From assembly GCA_947564835.1 (NCBI GenBank), contig CANOET010000001.1, positions 8,667-72,666 on the forward strand: 64,000 nucleotides of DNA, written 5' to 3'. Shown here in pieces: positions 18,367-28,871 of the stretch. Every line of letters starts with the position of its first letter. Positions within the stretch are counted from its first letter, which is position 1. Below the pieces are notes generated by a model. The model was not told the origin of the DNA. It searched no databases and was given only the letters and a program-made list of their open reading frames with translations. Position numbers and translations under genes: made by a program. This DNA comes from an uncultured Eubacterium sp. (GTDB lineage Bacteria; Bacillota; Clostridia; Lachnospirales; Lachnospiraceae).

Positions 18367-19268
18367 GATAAATATTCTCCTTCCGTTAGAACAATCCGGT
18401 CACAATCTGTAATATGCACTAATTCATCATACGCTTTGACATAAAAATCTGTCTCTGAAACTACTTTTATCACCTTGCCCGGTTCTATATGTTGATATTT
18501 CTGCCCATCTAACCTTTCTGTACGCCACACTTTATATATTCTGTCTTTATGAGTAAAATGCGCACCTATATAGGGATGACTTAATGCTCTGACCAGATTA
18601 TAAATAGCTGCTCCCGACATTCGCCAATCAATTAAGCCATCTTTCTCCCCCCTCTTTCGCCAGGCATTCCCAGCTGCCGCCTCCTGTTTTCTCTTTACAC
18701 AAGATCCTTGCTCAAGAGCAGAAGTAAATTCCAAAATCTGCTCACATTCAGCTTTTGTAATCTTATCGTACAGATCCCTTGCATAATCCGTATCTTCAAT
18801 TTTAATCGTTCTCTGTGAAATAATGTCGCCCGTATCAGCATTTTCATCCATAACAAAAAAAGTAGATGCTGTATATTTCAGCCCCAATACCAAAGCCCAT
18901 ATAATTGGATGTCTGCCCCGATTGTATGGCAGCTCAGACGGATGTGTGCCTATTACACCCAGCGGCGGAATATCCAGGATTTCTTTTTTGATTAGCTGAG
19001 ACCATCCAAAACAATAGATCACATCTGGCCGACAATTCCTCACATATTCAACTGTATCCGCATCATTTATATTCTTCGTGTATTTACAGCTAATCCTATA
19101 CTGATCCGCCAGCGGTTTTAAATCCACAAAATCTGCATTAAATTTTGAGGCTTCTTTCGTAACAACTCCTACAACATCCTTTTTATGTTCCAGCAATAAC
19201 TTTAATTCCAGATAAGATGATTCTACGCACCCCACAAATATGATCCGCATATGATCTACCTCTTCCAT
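18363..19268 (-). CDS. N-formyltransferase (Fmt-like, sugar/amine formyltransferase)
   Basis: GTHPSELPYNRGRHP, DENADTGDII motifs plus Fmt C-terminal domain. Confidence 0.85.
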   Translation of the reverse strand: MEEVDHMRIIFVGCVESSYLELKLLLEHKKDVVGVVTKEASKFNADFVDLKPLADQYRISCKYTKNINDADTVEYVRNCRPDVIYCFGWSQLIKKEILDIPPLGVIGTHPSELPYNRGRHPIIWALVLGLKYTASTFFVMDENADTGDIISQRTIKIEDTDYARDLYDKITKAECEQILEFTSALEQGSCVKRKQEAAAGNAWRKRGEKDGLIDWRMSGAAIYNLVRALSHPYIGAHFTHKDRIYKVWRTERLDGQKYQHIEPGKVIKVVSETDFYVKAYDELVHITDCDRIVLTEGEYLS

Positions 19269-19295
19269 ATCTTTCTCTCTATAACATGTCCTGCA

Positions 19296-19973
19296 TTACA
19301 ATTTATCTGCATATGCTATAAACAACTCCACGGTAATTCCTCTGTCTGTATACAAATCATAATCTATCTGCACATTTTGGAATCCACTATCCAACAGCAT
19401 TTTTTCCAATGCCTCTTTATCAAAATAATGCGTAATCCCTCTGCCAACCAATGCCCCCTCTGTCATATTCACAAAAGTATCCTTCTCCAACACTTCTCCA
19501 GATCCATATCCATCTGTCTTTTTCCCAAAACACGTTGTGAAAAATTTGCCGCCAGATTTTAGCATTTTATACACATTTTGATACATGACCTGAATATTAG
19601 TTAATAAATTGCTATAGATACATACATTATCTATAACTGCATCAAAAAAGTTATCCGGATAACCTAAATCCAAAGCATCCGACACTTGGAAATGTGCCTC
19701 TAAATGTTCTTTTTCCAGCCGTTGCGTTGCTTTCCTTACAGCACTTTTGGAACCGTCAAAAGCATAAACATCAAATCCTTCCCTGGCTAAATACCATGCA
19801 TGGGCTCCTTCACCACAGCCAAAATCTAAAATCCTAGTTTTTCCCCTATCTAATTTATAATAATTACGTGCAACAAACCGAATCACATGTTCAGTCGGAT
19901 AAATTCCCCATTCCTGTGTACTATGTACATATTCCCATTCTTCATGAAATGACTTCGTAAAACATCCATTCAT
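19296..19973 (-). CDS. Class I SAM-dependent methyltransferase
   Basis: ILDFGCGEG motif I, FDGSKSAV, FDAVID. Confidence 0.88.
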   Translation of the reverse strand: MNGCFTKSFHEEWEYVHSTQEWGIYPTEHVIRFVARNYYKLDRGKTRILDFGCGEGAHAWYLAREGFDVYAFDGSKSAVRKATQRLEKEHLEAHFQVSDALDLGYPDNFFDAVIDNVCIYSNLLTNIQVMYQNVYKMLKSGGKFFTTCFGKKTDGYGSGEVLEKDTFVNMTEGALVGRGITHYFDKEALEKMLLDSGFQNVQIDYDLYTDRGITVELFIAYADKL

Positions 19974-19992
19974 TTCTTAGTTCTCCTTCTTA

Positions 19993-21075
19993 TCAATACC
20001 GATACTGAATATAAAATGAATTATTCTCATTAAAGCCGCTGTCTGTCTCTGCTCTTACCCTCATTAACTGAGCATATTTCTCTTCATCAAAAATACTCCT
20101 CCCTATATAAAACGGAAGCATCCCTGTCTTGTTAAACTTCTTTTTATATCGAAACAAAGAATCCTGATCTGATAATCCTCCGCCAAGATGAAGCTTCTGT
20201 ATTCCATGCTCATTTGCCCATTTCGCAGCTTCTACCATAATAAGATTTTCAAACGGTACATTGGGTGCATTCACATCCCTGCCGCCCAAATGAAAATGCA
20301 TATACCGCTGATCATACAAATATAAAGATGCGCCTACAGCCTTATCGTCCAAATACGCATAAAAAAGAATCAGATGCTCCTGAAAATGGCAGATCAGATA
20401 TTCATAGTATTCTTTTGAAAAAAAATAAAAATCATCTGCCTGATGCATTTCCATGGTAGCATTATATAGACGTATAAAATCATCTATTCTCTCGCCCTGG
20501 TCTGTTACTATCTTTACTCCCGCCTCAGCAGCTTTCCTAATCTTTCTTCTGTATTGTGAATCCAATTGCGCGGTAACCCTGTCTTTATCAGATGTATCCA
20601 TATAAATCGTATTCTTATGCATACCTATTCTGTCAGCAATCAGTGTACTTCTTTTTTCAAACATCAAAGGATAAAAACGTATAAACTGTGTAATAATTCC
20701 TTCATTTCTGCATAGCTTTTTCAAACTGCTTCGAAAATCAGCCATTATTGCTTCTGTCACCTCAAAATCTCCATAAAACAAAGGCCCACCATATCCATAA
20801 GGAGATTCCGCATCATAAAATATTCCATTCGGAATCACTCCCTGAAACTTTTGATGCAAAGCTATATCCTGTATAATAAGCGCATAAATTAACCCACTAT
20901 CATCACTCCCATAATTGATCAAAACCGGCACACCATTTAAATAATTTGAAATCGAGAATACATATTCATATTGATAATATACATCTGTAATGTCCTTATT
21001 TCTTAAAAATTCTTTCCATTTTTTTTGTTCTTTAATAAACCACAACTGATATTTACACATGACATTTCTCTCCAT
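19993..21075 (-). CDS. GNAT/FemAB-like acyl- or aminoacyl-transferase
   Basis: DAESPYGYGGP, FIRFYP, RRKIRKA, LHLGGG, LFRYKKKF typical of FemAB-like GNATs in glycan clusters. Confidence 0.8.
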   Translation of the reverse strand: MERNVMCKYQLWFIKEQKKWKEFLRNKDITDVYYQYEYVFSISNYLNGVPVLINYGSDDSGLIYALIIQDIALHQKFQGVIPNGIFYDAESPYGYGGPLFYGDFEVTEAIMADFRSSLKKLCRNEGIITQFIRFYPLMFEKRSTLIADRIGMHKNTIYMDTSDKDRVTAQLDSQYRRKIRKAAEAGVKIVTDQGERIDDFIRLYNATMEMHQADDFYFFSKEYYEYLICHFQEHLILFYAYLDDKAVGASLYLYDQRYMHFHLGGRDVNAPNVPFENLIMVEAAKWANEHGIQKLHLGGGLSDQDSLFRYKKKFNKTGMLPFYIGRSIFDEEKYAQLMRVRAETDSGFNENNSFYIQYRY

Positions 21076-21568
21076 ATGCTACGAACTGTTCTATATCATT
21101 CCCCTGATCCGAATACCGGATATGATCTATCTTACACTCTTGAAAACCGCATTTTGTCAGTGTTAGACACAATTCATCCGTTGTTGTAAAATGAATCCGT
21201 CCTACCCCGGATAAATTTACTCTGGTAATACCTTCAAAGGTTCCTGTTTCTCTTTCTTTTCCTAATCCATAGCCAGTTGTTGCATAGCCAAATCCACTAG
21301 ACAGTAGTCTCCCCTCCCCTTAAGAATTTGATGTATCTTTTTATACATCTTTACACAGTCCTCATATTTATTGCAACATATACAGCCCACATCAATAACC
21401 GCATCAAAAAAGTTATCCTCATAAGGCAAATTTAATGCGTCATATACACCTAAATTCGCTGAAAGTCCTTTTCTATTTAGCTTTTGTTCTGTCTTCTTCA
21501 CAGCATCTACTGTCCCACTCAACAGTGCTATGCAGCTCATTCCACCTGGAATCCATCGATTGTTCCAT
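21053..21568 (-). pseudogene. Degraded paralog of the methyltransferase at 19296-19973
   Basis: Three frames align to the intact paralog: MEQSMDSRWNELHSTVEW, then GTVDAVKK...FDAVIDVGCI..., then GRLLSSGFGYATTGYG...FVAYGEK; SAM motif I deleted; second frameshift at GGGGAGGGG (~21311-21320). Confidence 0.8.
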
Positions 21569-21782
21569 TATTTTATCTCCTTTATCCTTTTACATTTCAG
21601 GTTCTGTATTCGATCAAATACAAAGATTCCCTCTGTTCATATTGTTGTTCTTTTCTCTCTAAATTTAATCAGACTCTGATCAGCCTCCCTATCAAATATT
21701 ATCTTTCCAATGCAAAGATTCAGCAGCCCTTTCCAGGTAAAATGCTGTTTGAATGGCAGCAGGCTCTTCTTAAACTTATTGA

Positions 21783-22790
21783 TCAGACATCTTCCCACAA
21801 AATCTTCTCTTCAACAGCAATATCCCGCTTTAACTCCCTGCCAACTAATATCTCCGCATATTCCGGCCATATACCATCTCCAGGACGCTTATAACAAAAC
21901 ATCTCTTTTGACAAAATTGTCCCCCGCTTTAAATCCTGGTTCGCTAAAATACTGCGGCGAACCTGGTTCATAATATCCTTTTCATGCTCCGTCGGCTTTT
22001 TCCTGCCATCTCCCAAAAGCAGCTCCGCATTTCGTATATGCCTCACATATTCGAGGAACTCTTCCGGCGGCATAGAAGCTTTGTGATCCGGGCCTGGCAG
22101 ATCCCGGTCGAGAGTGATATGCTTTTCTATTACAACTGCACCCATAGCTACTGCGGCAACTGCAGCTTCAAAACCAAGCGTATGATCCGAATAGCCGACT
22201 GGCACATGAAACGCATGCTTTAAAGTCAGCATCGCATTCAGATTCACATTTTCAATCGCCGTAGGGTAATCCGTAGTACAATGCATCAATGTAACATTCA
22301 GATTACCTGTTTTATATATAGTATCAAGCGCTTTCTCAACCTCTCCCAGCGTACTCATTCCCGTAGACAGAATCACTGGCTTGCCAGATTCCGCAATTTC
22401 TTTTAAAAAGGGGGCATTTGTTACCTCTGTGGATCCTATTTTAATCAACGGAACATTTAGCTTCAGCAAATACTGCAGGCTTTCTGTTCCATCCGGTGTG
22501 GAAATAAAATCTATTTCCTTCTCATTACAGTATTTTTGTAATTCCGCAAAATCCTCAAACGGCAGTTCCAGCTTGCGTATCATCTCCAATTGTGTTTCCT
22601 GGGTAGGATCGTTATTTTTTTGGTATGAGGCTTTCTCTGCATGTCTTCCGGTACTCTCTTCCGCTTTAAACGTCTGGAACTTTACCGCATCAGCCCCTGC
22701 ATCCTTTGCCATATCGATCAGCTGTTTCGCAAGCCTGATATCTCCATTATGATTCACACCTGCTTCTGCAATAATATAAGTCTTTTTCAT
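21783..22790 (-). CDS. neuB: Nonulosonic acid synthase (NeuB/LegI)
   Basis: IIAEAGVNHNG, KFQTF, GYSDHT, EKHITLD...GPDH, C-terminal SAF domain. Confidence 0.95.
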   Translation of the reverse strand: MKKTYIIAEAGVNHNGDIRLAKQLIDMAKDAGADAVKFQTFKAEESTGRHAEKASYQKNNDPTQETQLEMIRKLELPFEDFAELQKYCNEKEIDFISTPDGTESLQYLLKLNVPLIKIGSTEVTNAPFLKEIAESGKPVILSTGMSTLGEVEKALDTIYKTGNLNVTLMHCTTDYPTAIENVNLNAMLTLKHAFHVPVGYSDHTLGFEAAVAAVAMGAVVIEKHITLDRDLPGPDHKASMPPEEFLEYVRHIRNAELLLGDGRKKPTEHEKDIMNQVRRSILANQDLKRGTILSKEMFCYKRPGDGIWPEYAEILVGRELKRDIAVEEKILWEDV

Positions 22791-23938
22791 ATCGCTTCTA
22801 CCTTTACTTTATTTTTGTCAATAAACTGTTCGTGCAATATCTCTCGTATTCTCTGCGATGTCCTTCCATCACCCCAATAATACAAATCACCATCAGGCAC
22901 GTCCAACTGTATTGCTTCCAAAACTGCCTTTTGAATACTGTCATAGGTTTCCGTACATGAAATAACATTCGCACACTTATACCTTCCGGACTGCCTGTCT
23001 CCAATATCTACAACAGGCACCTTAAGCATAGGCGCCTCTATAATACCGCTGCTGGAGTTGCCAAGCACAAAACCCACTTGCTTCATATAGCTCAAATACC
23101 TCTGGCTCCCAAGAGAAGCAATCACCTTTATTTTAGACGGATGATCTTTCGCAATCTGCTCAAGCATCTCATTAATATACCTCCCCCCAAAGTCCGCATT
23201 CGCATAGGTGGCAACTACCTGAACCCCTTCCAATTCCAAAAGAACCTTCAAACAATTTTCTACTGCTGCCAAATTAGATGTAAGGCTGTTCAATGTTACT
23301 GCATGATAAGTAAACAAAGCCCACTTTAAATGACAGTCCAGCCCCAGCATGTCCGCCAGCTCCTGCCTGGTATAAAGTGCTTCTCTAAAATATGCATCTA
23401 ACCCGGGTTCACCAACCGTCCAGACATTTTTATCAGAGCCGCGCATACGCACAATATTATCCCTACTTGCCTTTGTTCCCGGAAAATGATAATCTGCCAG
23501 CATCGTAACGGCATTTCTTACTCCATTATCAATCAACCCTTCCGTAACATCGCCGCCTGATAAATGAATAATCGGAATCCTCATAATAAATGCTGTACTG
23601 CAAATTGACAAAAGTTCATAGCGATCCCCCAGAATGACCAAATAATCAGGTTTCAATTTTTCCAAAGCATCTGCAAGTGACTCTGCCATACGGCCCATAG
23701 ATGCTGCTATTGCTGCTTCTGATTTTGTGTCCAACTGCGCATCAACAACCGTATCAATTTGAAATCCATCTTTTATGATCTGGTCTATCGTATGTCCCTG
23801 CTCTTCCAGTAAATGACCTCCTGTTACAATTAATTGAAGTTTAAAATCAGAGCTTTTGGAAATATCATACATCAGCCATTTTAACAGTCCGTATTCAGAT
23901 CTTGCAGCTGTAACAAAACATAATTTTTTCATCTGCAC
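22787..23938 (-). CDS. neuC: Hydrolysing UDP/GDP-GlcNAc 2-epimerase (NeuC/LegG)
   Basis: TAARSEYG, LGDRYE, HLSGGD, GNSSSGIIEAP, IGDRQ motifs. Confidence 0.93.
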   Translation of the reverse strand: MQMKKLCFVTAARSEYGLLKWLMYDISKSSDFKLQLIVTGGHLLEEQGHTIDQIIKDGFQIDTVVDAQLDTKSEAAIAASMGRMAESLADALEKLKPDYLVILGDRYELLSICSTAFIMRIPIIHLSGGDVTEGLIDNGVRNAVTMLADYHFPGTKASRDNIVRMRGSDKNVWTVGEPGLDAYFREALYTRQELADMLGLDCHLKWALFTYHAVTLNSLTSNLAAVENCLKVLLELEGVQVVATYANADFGGRYINEMLEQIAKDHPSKIKVIASLGSQRYLSYMKQVGFVLGNSSSGIIEAPMLKVPVVDIGDRQSGRYKCANVISCTETYDSIQKAVLEAIQLDVPDGDLYYWGDGRTSQRIREILHEQFIDKNKVKVEAI

Positions 23939-24030
23939 TCCTATATGATATATTTTTAAATTGTTTGTAAGCGGGATTCTTTGCTGTATATATCAAAATC
24001 CCGCCCAACCCACTCCATTGGACATTTATA

Positions 24031-27000
24031 TCAGAGTCCCTGCAAAAGCTCTAAAACTTGATCCTTATCCCGTTTTCTTTGCGACAGCATAGCCTCAGCC
24101 ACCTGCGTCAGTATAGAAGCAGCCGCATAATCTACTGCTTCTTTCGCCATATCCGCATCACGGATACGGCTCTCAGCAGCTGCCAGATTCTCAGCTGTCT
24201 GGCCCAGGTTTTGTATAATATGCTCTAAACGATTTTGATAAGCCCCATAGGAAGCGCGGATTCTTGAGACTTTTGTAACAGCATTCTGGATCACTGTTAT
24301 CGCATCTCCCGCATTTTCCTCTGTAGAAATATTCAGGCCCTGCATTTCCAAAGCCTTAAGAGAAAAATAAAACCTCGGTATTTCCAGCTTTACTCCAGCA
24401 GTTGCACCGACCTGCAGGATAATTCCTCCATATTTCTTCTTGTCATAACTATTATTCGAATCACCTGGATTTGGTTTCGTAATATATTCCGGCTTTTCCG
24501 CTGGTTTCGGTTTATCCTGCTGCGCAACACGGAATACACCCGCATCTGGATAGAACTTCAAATCAAGCACAGTAGATCCCTGATGGGTTACGCCTGTATC
24601 ATCCGTATAGTCATAAGTAATCGTAAGCTTTTGCTCGTTGTTAGAATTTCCTGTTGGAAGCCAGATAAAAACGTAATTCTCATCTAACGGCTCATGCCGC
24701 AAGTCTGGCGTCCATGGCCCCACCCCACTCTGATCAGATGAAATCTGGATATTACTAATCTTGTCTTTGCTGACACCTGATATCATATCCAATGGCAGCA
24801 GTCCAAAGTTTTCCAGCTGTTTACCTGCATCAAGCACTGCATTGTCTTTAAATAAGTAAACTGGATAAGCATAAACTGGATTGCCATTTTGGTCTTTGGA
24901 ACCAGAAGTACTATACAATCCTTCGCCCGAACTGCCAGGACGCAATGTCGTACCATTTCCAGTTACTGTTATCGTACCCGCGCTATCATCACTATGTGAT
25001 TTGTCTGTATAAGAAAGGATATTGCCTCCATTATGCGTCATGCCGCCAATTGCCGTAACAATTACCTTATTCTCCGGATTATTTATATCTCCAATCGTAA
25101 TATTTCCGCTTGTAGAGCCGCGTCCTGACCCGATACCGGTAGAATCTGTCTTACCTTGGGCTAAAACCGTTCCTTTCTTGATATCGATATCCCCGGTGGA
25201 AGATACCATATCCGTTTCACCACTGTAACCGGATCCGATCCCGACGCCATTCTCTCCGCCGTAAGCCTTAACTTCCCCATTCGTATCGATCACAATATTG
25301 CCAACATGACTGTCATCGTTTCCGGAACCAATACCAGCGCCACTATCACCGCCTCTGGCCTCATCAATAACAGCGTCTCCTGATATTTCAATATCTCCGC
25401 ACTCACCAAGCCAGGAAGCCCCAATCCCGGCTCCATCATCGCCGCCTTTTGCACTGATAATATGTGCATCACCGTTAATCGTAATTTTCCCGCTATTGCC
25501 CTGACATCCCGCACCGATACCGGTTCCATGCATCGTACTGGATGCAGTAATATCCCCGCCGGATATGGTAATCGTTCCGTTCGTGGCTGTCGATGTCCAG
25601 CCGCCTCCGATACCTGCTCCGTGTTCATTGCTGGATGCATCTACCGTACCATCGGTGATCAAAATATCGCCAACCTTTGCACCATATGCACCACCGATAC
25701 CTGCGCCGCCGGAACCGCCTTTTGCTGTGATGTTTCCTCCTGAAATGTTTATATCGCCAAACTCCGCCCGATTTCCGGCGCCGATACCAGCTCCATATCT
25801 CCCGCCGGTCGCCTTGATTTCCCCGCTCCTGATTTCTATACTGCTATTTGCCGCATTACTATTATTACTGCAGCCAATACCTGCACCATTTGTCCCACCG
25901 GTCGCTTCCAGCTTGCCTGACCCTAATAAGCCATATTCATTTTCCACAACCAGGCTGGTATTCTCCCCGACACGTATCCCGGCAGCATTATTGCCGCTTT
26001 GAAACTGATTATTTTGTCCGTCTTTCAGCTGTAAAGTAACCTGATTCCCGTTTCCAAGATCCAATGCGCATCCTGACGCAGGCTTGCATGTTACCCCATC
26101 CAGCAAAATATTCACATCTGCTCCCAGCTGATCATCCAGCCTGATGCTGCCATTGATATCGCCGCCATTCACTCCTGAAATCGTGCCGCCGGATATCGTG
26201 TAATTCCCTGCCTGCTTGATCACTAATTTTTCGCCTTCATAGACATAGTCCGTCCCCTCCTGTGCGGCAGCTCCATTCTTTAGCACCTGAAACGGGCCAA
26301 CCCACTCAAAGCCAGGATTCGCTGCTGTAGGATCAAATTTCGCCAGCAAGGTCTGGGATACACCGTCAGCGTCTGTAACCGTAACCTTATGCAGCGTTGA
26401 CTGCGAAGAGAGCGCATCTGCCGTCATCCACAATGTCGCCTTCTCACCATTGCCGATAACCATATCAGACTTCACACCATCAAAACTGATCGATACAACA
26501 TCAGCTGTTAATCCGCCAAGCTTATCCGTCCAAGGCAGATCAATCGCATACAAAGCCTCACCTGAAGAATTTTTCTGCGGTGCCGGCAAGTCAGCTGTAA
26601 CAGAGGCATTGTCTATTTCGATATCTGATGCAACTATCTGCCCGCTGCCATTTGTTCCGACCGAAACAGCCCCTCCATGAAACCGGACCGTATTTGTTTG
26701 ATCACTTGTAAAATCTCCCGTCTCCAGCCTGCCAGTACCGTTAAATGTAACATCCGTACCATTGTCCAGTGTAATGCCTCCCAGTTCGCTAACCCCGGTA
26801 TATGTAATCTCTGTATCCGTCTTTACAGTAAGCGCATCTGCTGCATCAAGATTTAAGTTATTTAATGTAACCTTTCCGGTACCCTGCAATACGATTTTGC
26901 CGTTTGACGGTGAAGTCAGCCCATCTTTTAATGAGATCTGCACATCACTGTTTCCGCTGACCGTCAGTGTTTGAGTAACCGCATCGTAGGTGACATCGCC

Positions 27001-28782
27001 GCTTGCCGCTCCTTTCACTACAAAGTCCCCATACTCAGTTCCCCCGGTCTGTCCAGGATTATATCCGGTTGGCGGCGTTCCTGATGTACTCGCTGCACCG
27101 CCTGAATAGACTTTATACCCATCCGGGTAAAGATTCTTAACACCCGTATGATCCGGATCCAGCTGAAATAAATGAACCGTAGTCCCCGGACTGCTGTCAG
27201 GCGTCAGATCCGCAGCTTTTAAATCGCCGGAAACGATTCCTCCCCTTCCCGAACCTGTCGCCGCAAGTAATTCGCGGGTAAAAGCTGCCGCATCCTGCAA
27301 TCCTGCATCAAACTTTGTTTGAAAATCTGCGCAGCTTTGAAATGTTCCATTTGTCAGCTTATTAATTGCCGCATCCAATGATTCTCCGCCGATTACCTGA
27401 TTCAATAATTTCGAAAGTCCGTCTGAAATGGTCGCAGCACTCACTACTGAAGAACGGGTACCGCCTCCTTCAATGACAGCTCCCAGATACATACATGCCA
27501 GATAACCTGTCCCATATTCGCTGGCAGTAGTTCCTGAACCAAGCTGATTTCTCTGGATTGCAGCCTGAATCTGCGAATCCGTCGACTGGTCTGTGATCTG
27601 GAAAGTAGAAGATGCCAGCCAGTTTCCAGGGCCGGATGCCGTCTGTGCCATCCCTTCTACAAACCACTTAGGAAATCCATCCACATTCTGTGTCAGGCTC
27701 CCGCCCGTAGAACTTTCCATTTTGCCAAACATGCCTGCCGTAGTAGCCTCATCCATAAAAGCATGAATCATCTCATGAGCAATCGTAGCCTCTAATTCAT
27801 CCAAATCAGCCCTGTTTTGAATATTTTGCAGAACACTTGTATTTACACCAAGTGTATATGTAATATAATCGTCCCTGCTTACAACTGCACCAGAAGAATC
27901 CACACTTCCTGAAGACCTGACCTGGCCCTTAACATAAGCAAGCGTTGTTGTCCCGCCAGACGAACCGCTGGAAAAATACTCCAGGCCAATACCAATATTG
28001 GATCCCTTCAGATAAGAAAATGCCGGATAATGTTCGAGAATATTGTTGACCGTATTCGGTATAATCTCTGTTTTCAAAATCTGGCTGAGTGTTTTTCCTT
28101 CAATCATAATATCATTGCCTGCAAGCGTACTGCTGCCTTCAGGTGTCTGTGTCGCGCTAACAGCTTGATCCACCCGCTCTGCTGTTGTATAAATAATATT
28201 AATCTCATTATCCGGAGGATTAGCAACGAATCCATTCAGCGTTTCAGACAGGTCCACCTTCGTGTCCATCGCCTGCTGGCTGCTTCGTACATCCATCTGC
28301 TCCGCCTGAGAATACGCTGAATAATCCCCATAAGTACATTCATATTCATAACCATCATCCTGAAAAAGCGATATCCTGTTATAATTCGTCGTCTTCGCGA
28401 TCCGTTCAATTTCACTGCAGATATGCTCTAACTCATCCTGCATCCCGTCACGGTCACCATTTACATAAGTCCCATTTGCTGACTGAATCGAAAGCTCTGA
28501 TAAGCGGTGCAGCATATCATGCACCTCATTCAATGCCCCGTCTCCAATCTGAATCAAACTGATTCCCTCCTGTGCATTTAACGCTGCACGGTTCATCCCG
28601 CGCACCATTGCACGCACCTTTTCTGAAATAGCAAGGCTTGCCGCATCATCCGCAGCTGTATTGACCCGATAGCCGCTTGACATGCGTTCTGTTGTATTCT
28701 CTTTTTCCTTTTTCTTGATATTGATTTGTCTTTGTGAATTTAATGCAGCCAGATTATGTGCGATAATCACTGATAGGAACAC
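24031..28782 (-). CDS. Giant flagellin with gluzincin metallopeptidase (flagellinolysin-like) domain and glycine-rich beta-helix repeats
   Basis: Flagellin N (HNLAALN...SSGYRVN) and C (ESRIRDADMA) termini; AHEMIH at 27763-27777 followed by WFVEGMAQ; many GAGIG(A/G/S)G repeats ~25100-25900; start may be GTG 28770. Confidence 0.9.
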   Translation of the reverse strand: MFLSVIIAHNLAALNSQRQINIKKKEKENTTERMSSGYRVNTAADDAASLAISEKVRAMVRGMNRAALNAQEGISLIQIGDGALNEVHDMLHRLSELSIQSANGTYVNGDRDGMQDELEHICSEIERIAKTTNYNRISLFQDDGYEYECTYGDYSAYSQAEQMDVRSSQQAMDTKVDLSETLNGFVANPPDNEINIIYTTAERVDQAVSATQTPEGSSTLAGNDIMIEGKTLSQILKTEIIPNTVNNILEHYPAFSYLKGSNIGIGLEYFSSGSSGGTTTLAYVKGQVRSSGSVDSSGAVVSRDDYITYTLGVNTSVLQNIQNRADLDELEATIAHEMIHAFMDEATTAGMFGKMESSTGGSLTQNVDGFPKWFVEGMAQTASGPGNWLASSTFQITDQSTDSQIQAAIQRNQLGSGTTASEYGTGYLACMYLGAVIEGGGTRSSVVSAATISDGLSKLLNQVIGGESLDAAINKLTNGTFQSCADFQTKFDAGLQDAAAFTRELLAATGSGRGGIVSGDLKAADLTPDSSPGTTVHLFQLDPDHTGVKNLYPDGYKVYSGGAASTSGTPPTGYNPGQTGGTEYGDFVVKGAASGDVTYDAVTQTLTVSGNSDVQISLKDGLTSPSNGKIVLQGTGKVTLNNLNLDAADALTVKTDTEITYTGVSELGGITLDNGTDVTFNGTGRLETGDFTSDQTNTVRFHGGAVSVGTNGSGQIVASDIEIDNASVTADLPAPQKNSSGEALYAIDLPWTDKLGGLTADVVSISFDGVKSDMVIGNGEKATLWMTADALSSQSTLHKVTVTDADGVSQTLLAKFDPTAANPGFEWVGPFQVLKNGAAAQEGTDYVYEGEKLVIKQAGNYTISGGTISGVNGGDINGSIRLDDQLGADVNILLDGVTCKPASGCALDLGNGNQVTLQLKDGQNNQFQSGNNAAGIRVGENTSLVVENEYGLLGSGKLEATGGTNGAGIGCSNNSNAANSSIEIRSGEIKATGGRYGAGIGAGNRAEFGDINISGGNITAKGGSGGAGIGGAYGAKVGDILITDGTVDASSNEHGAGIGGGWTSTATNGTITISGGDITASSTMHGTGIGAGCQGNSGKITINGDAHIISAKGGDDGAGIGASWLGECGDIEISGDAVIDEARGGDSGAGIGSGNDDSHVGNIVIDTNGEVKAYGGENGVGIGSGYSGETDMVSSTGDIDIKKGTVLAQGKTDSTGIGSGRGSTSGNITIGDINNPENKVIVTAIGGMTHNGGNILSYTDKSHSDDSAGTITVTGNGTTLRPGSSGEGLYSTSGSKDQNGNPVYAYPVYLFKDNAVLDAGKQLENFGLLPLDMISGVSKDKISNIQISSDQSGVGPWTPDLRHEPLDENYVFIWLPTGNSNNEQKLTITYDYTDDTGVTHQGSTVLDLKFYPDAGVFRVAQQDKPKPAEKPEYITKPNPGDSNNSYDKKKYGGIILQVGATAGVKLEIPRFYFSLKALEMQGLNISTEENAGDAITVIQNAVTKVSRIRASYGAYQNRLEHIIQNLGQTAENLAAAESRIRDADMAKEAVDYAAASILTQVAEAMLSQRKRDKDQVLELLQGL

Positions 28783-28871
28783 TCCCCTCCATGGTTTTCT
28801 CCTGTGATACGGTCAGGCATTTTCAGCCTGACCCAGGTACATGCAAATCCATTGCATTCTAAAATTGTTCT

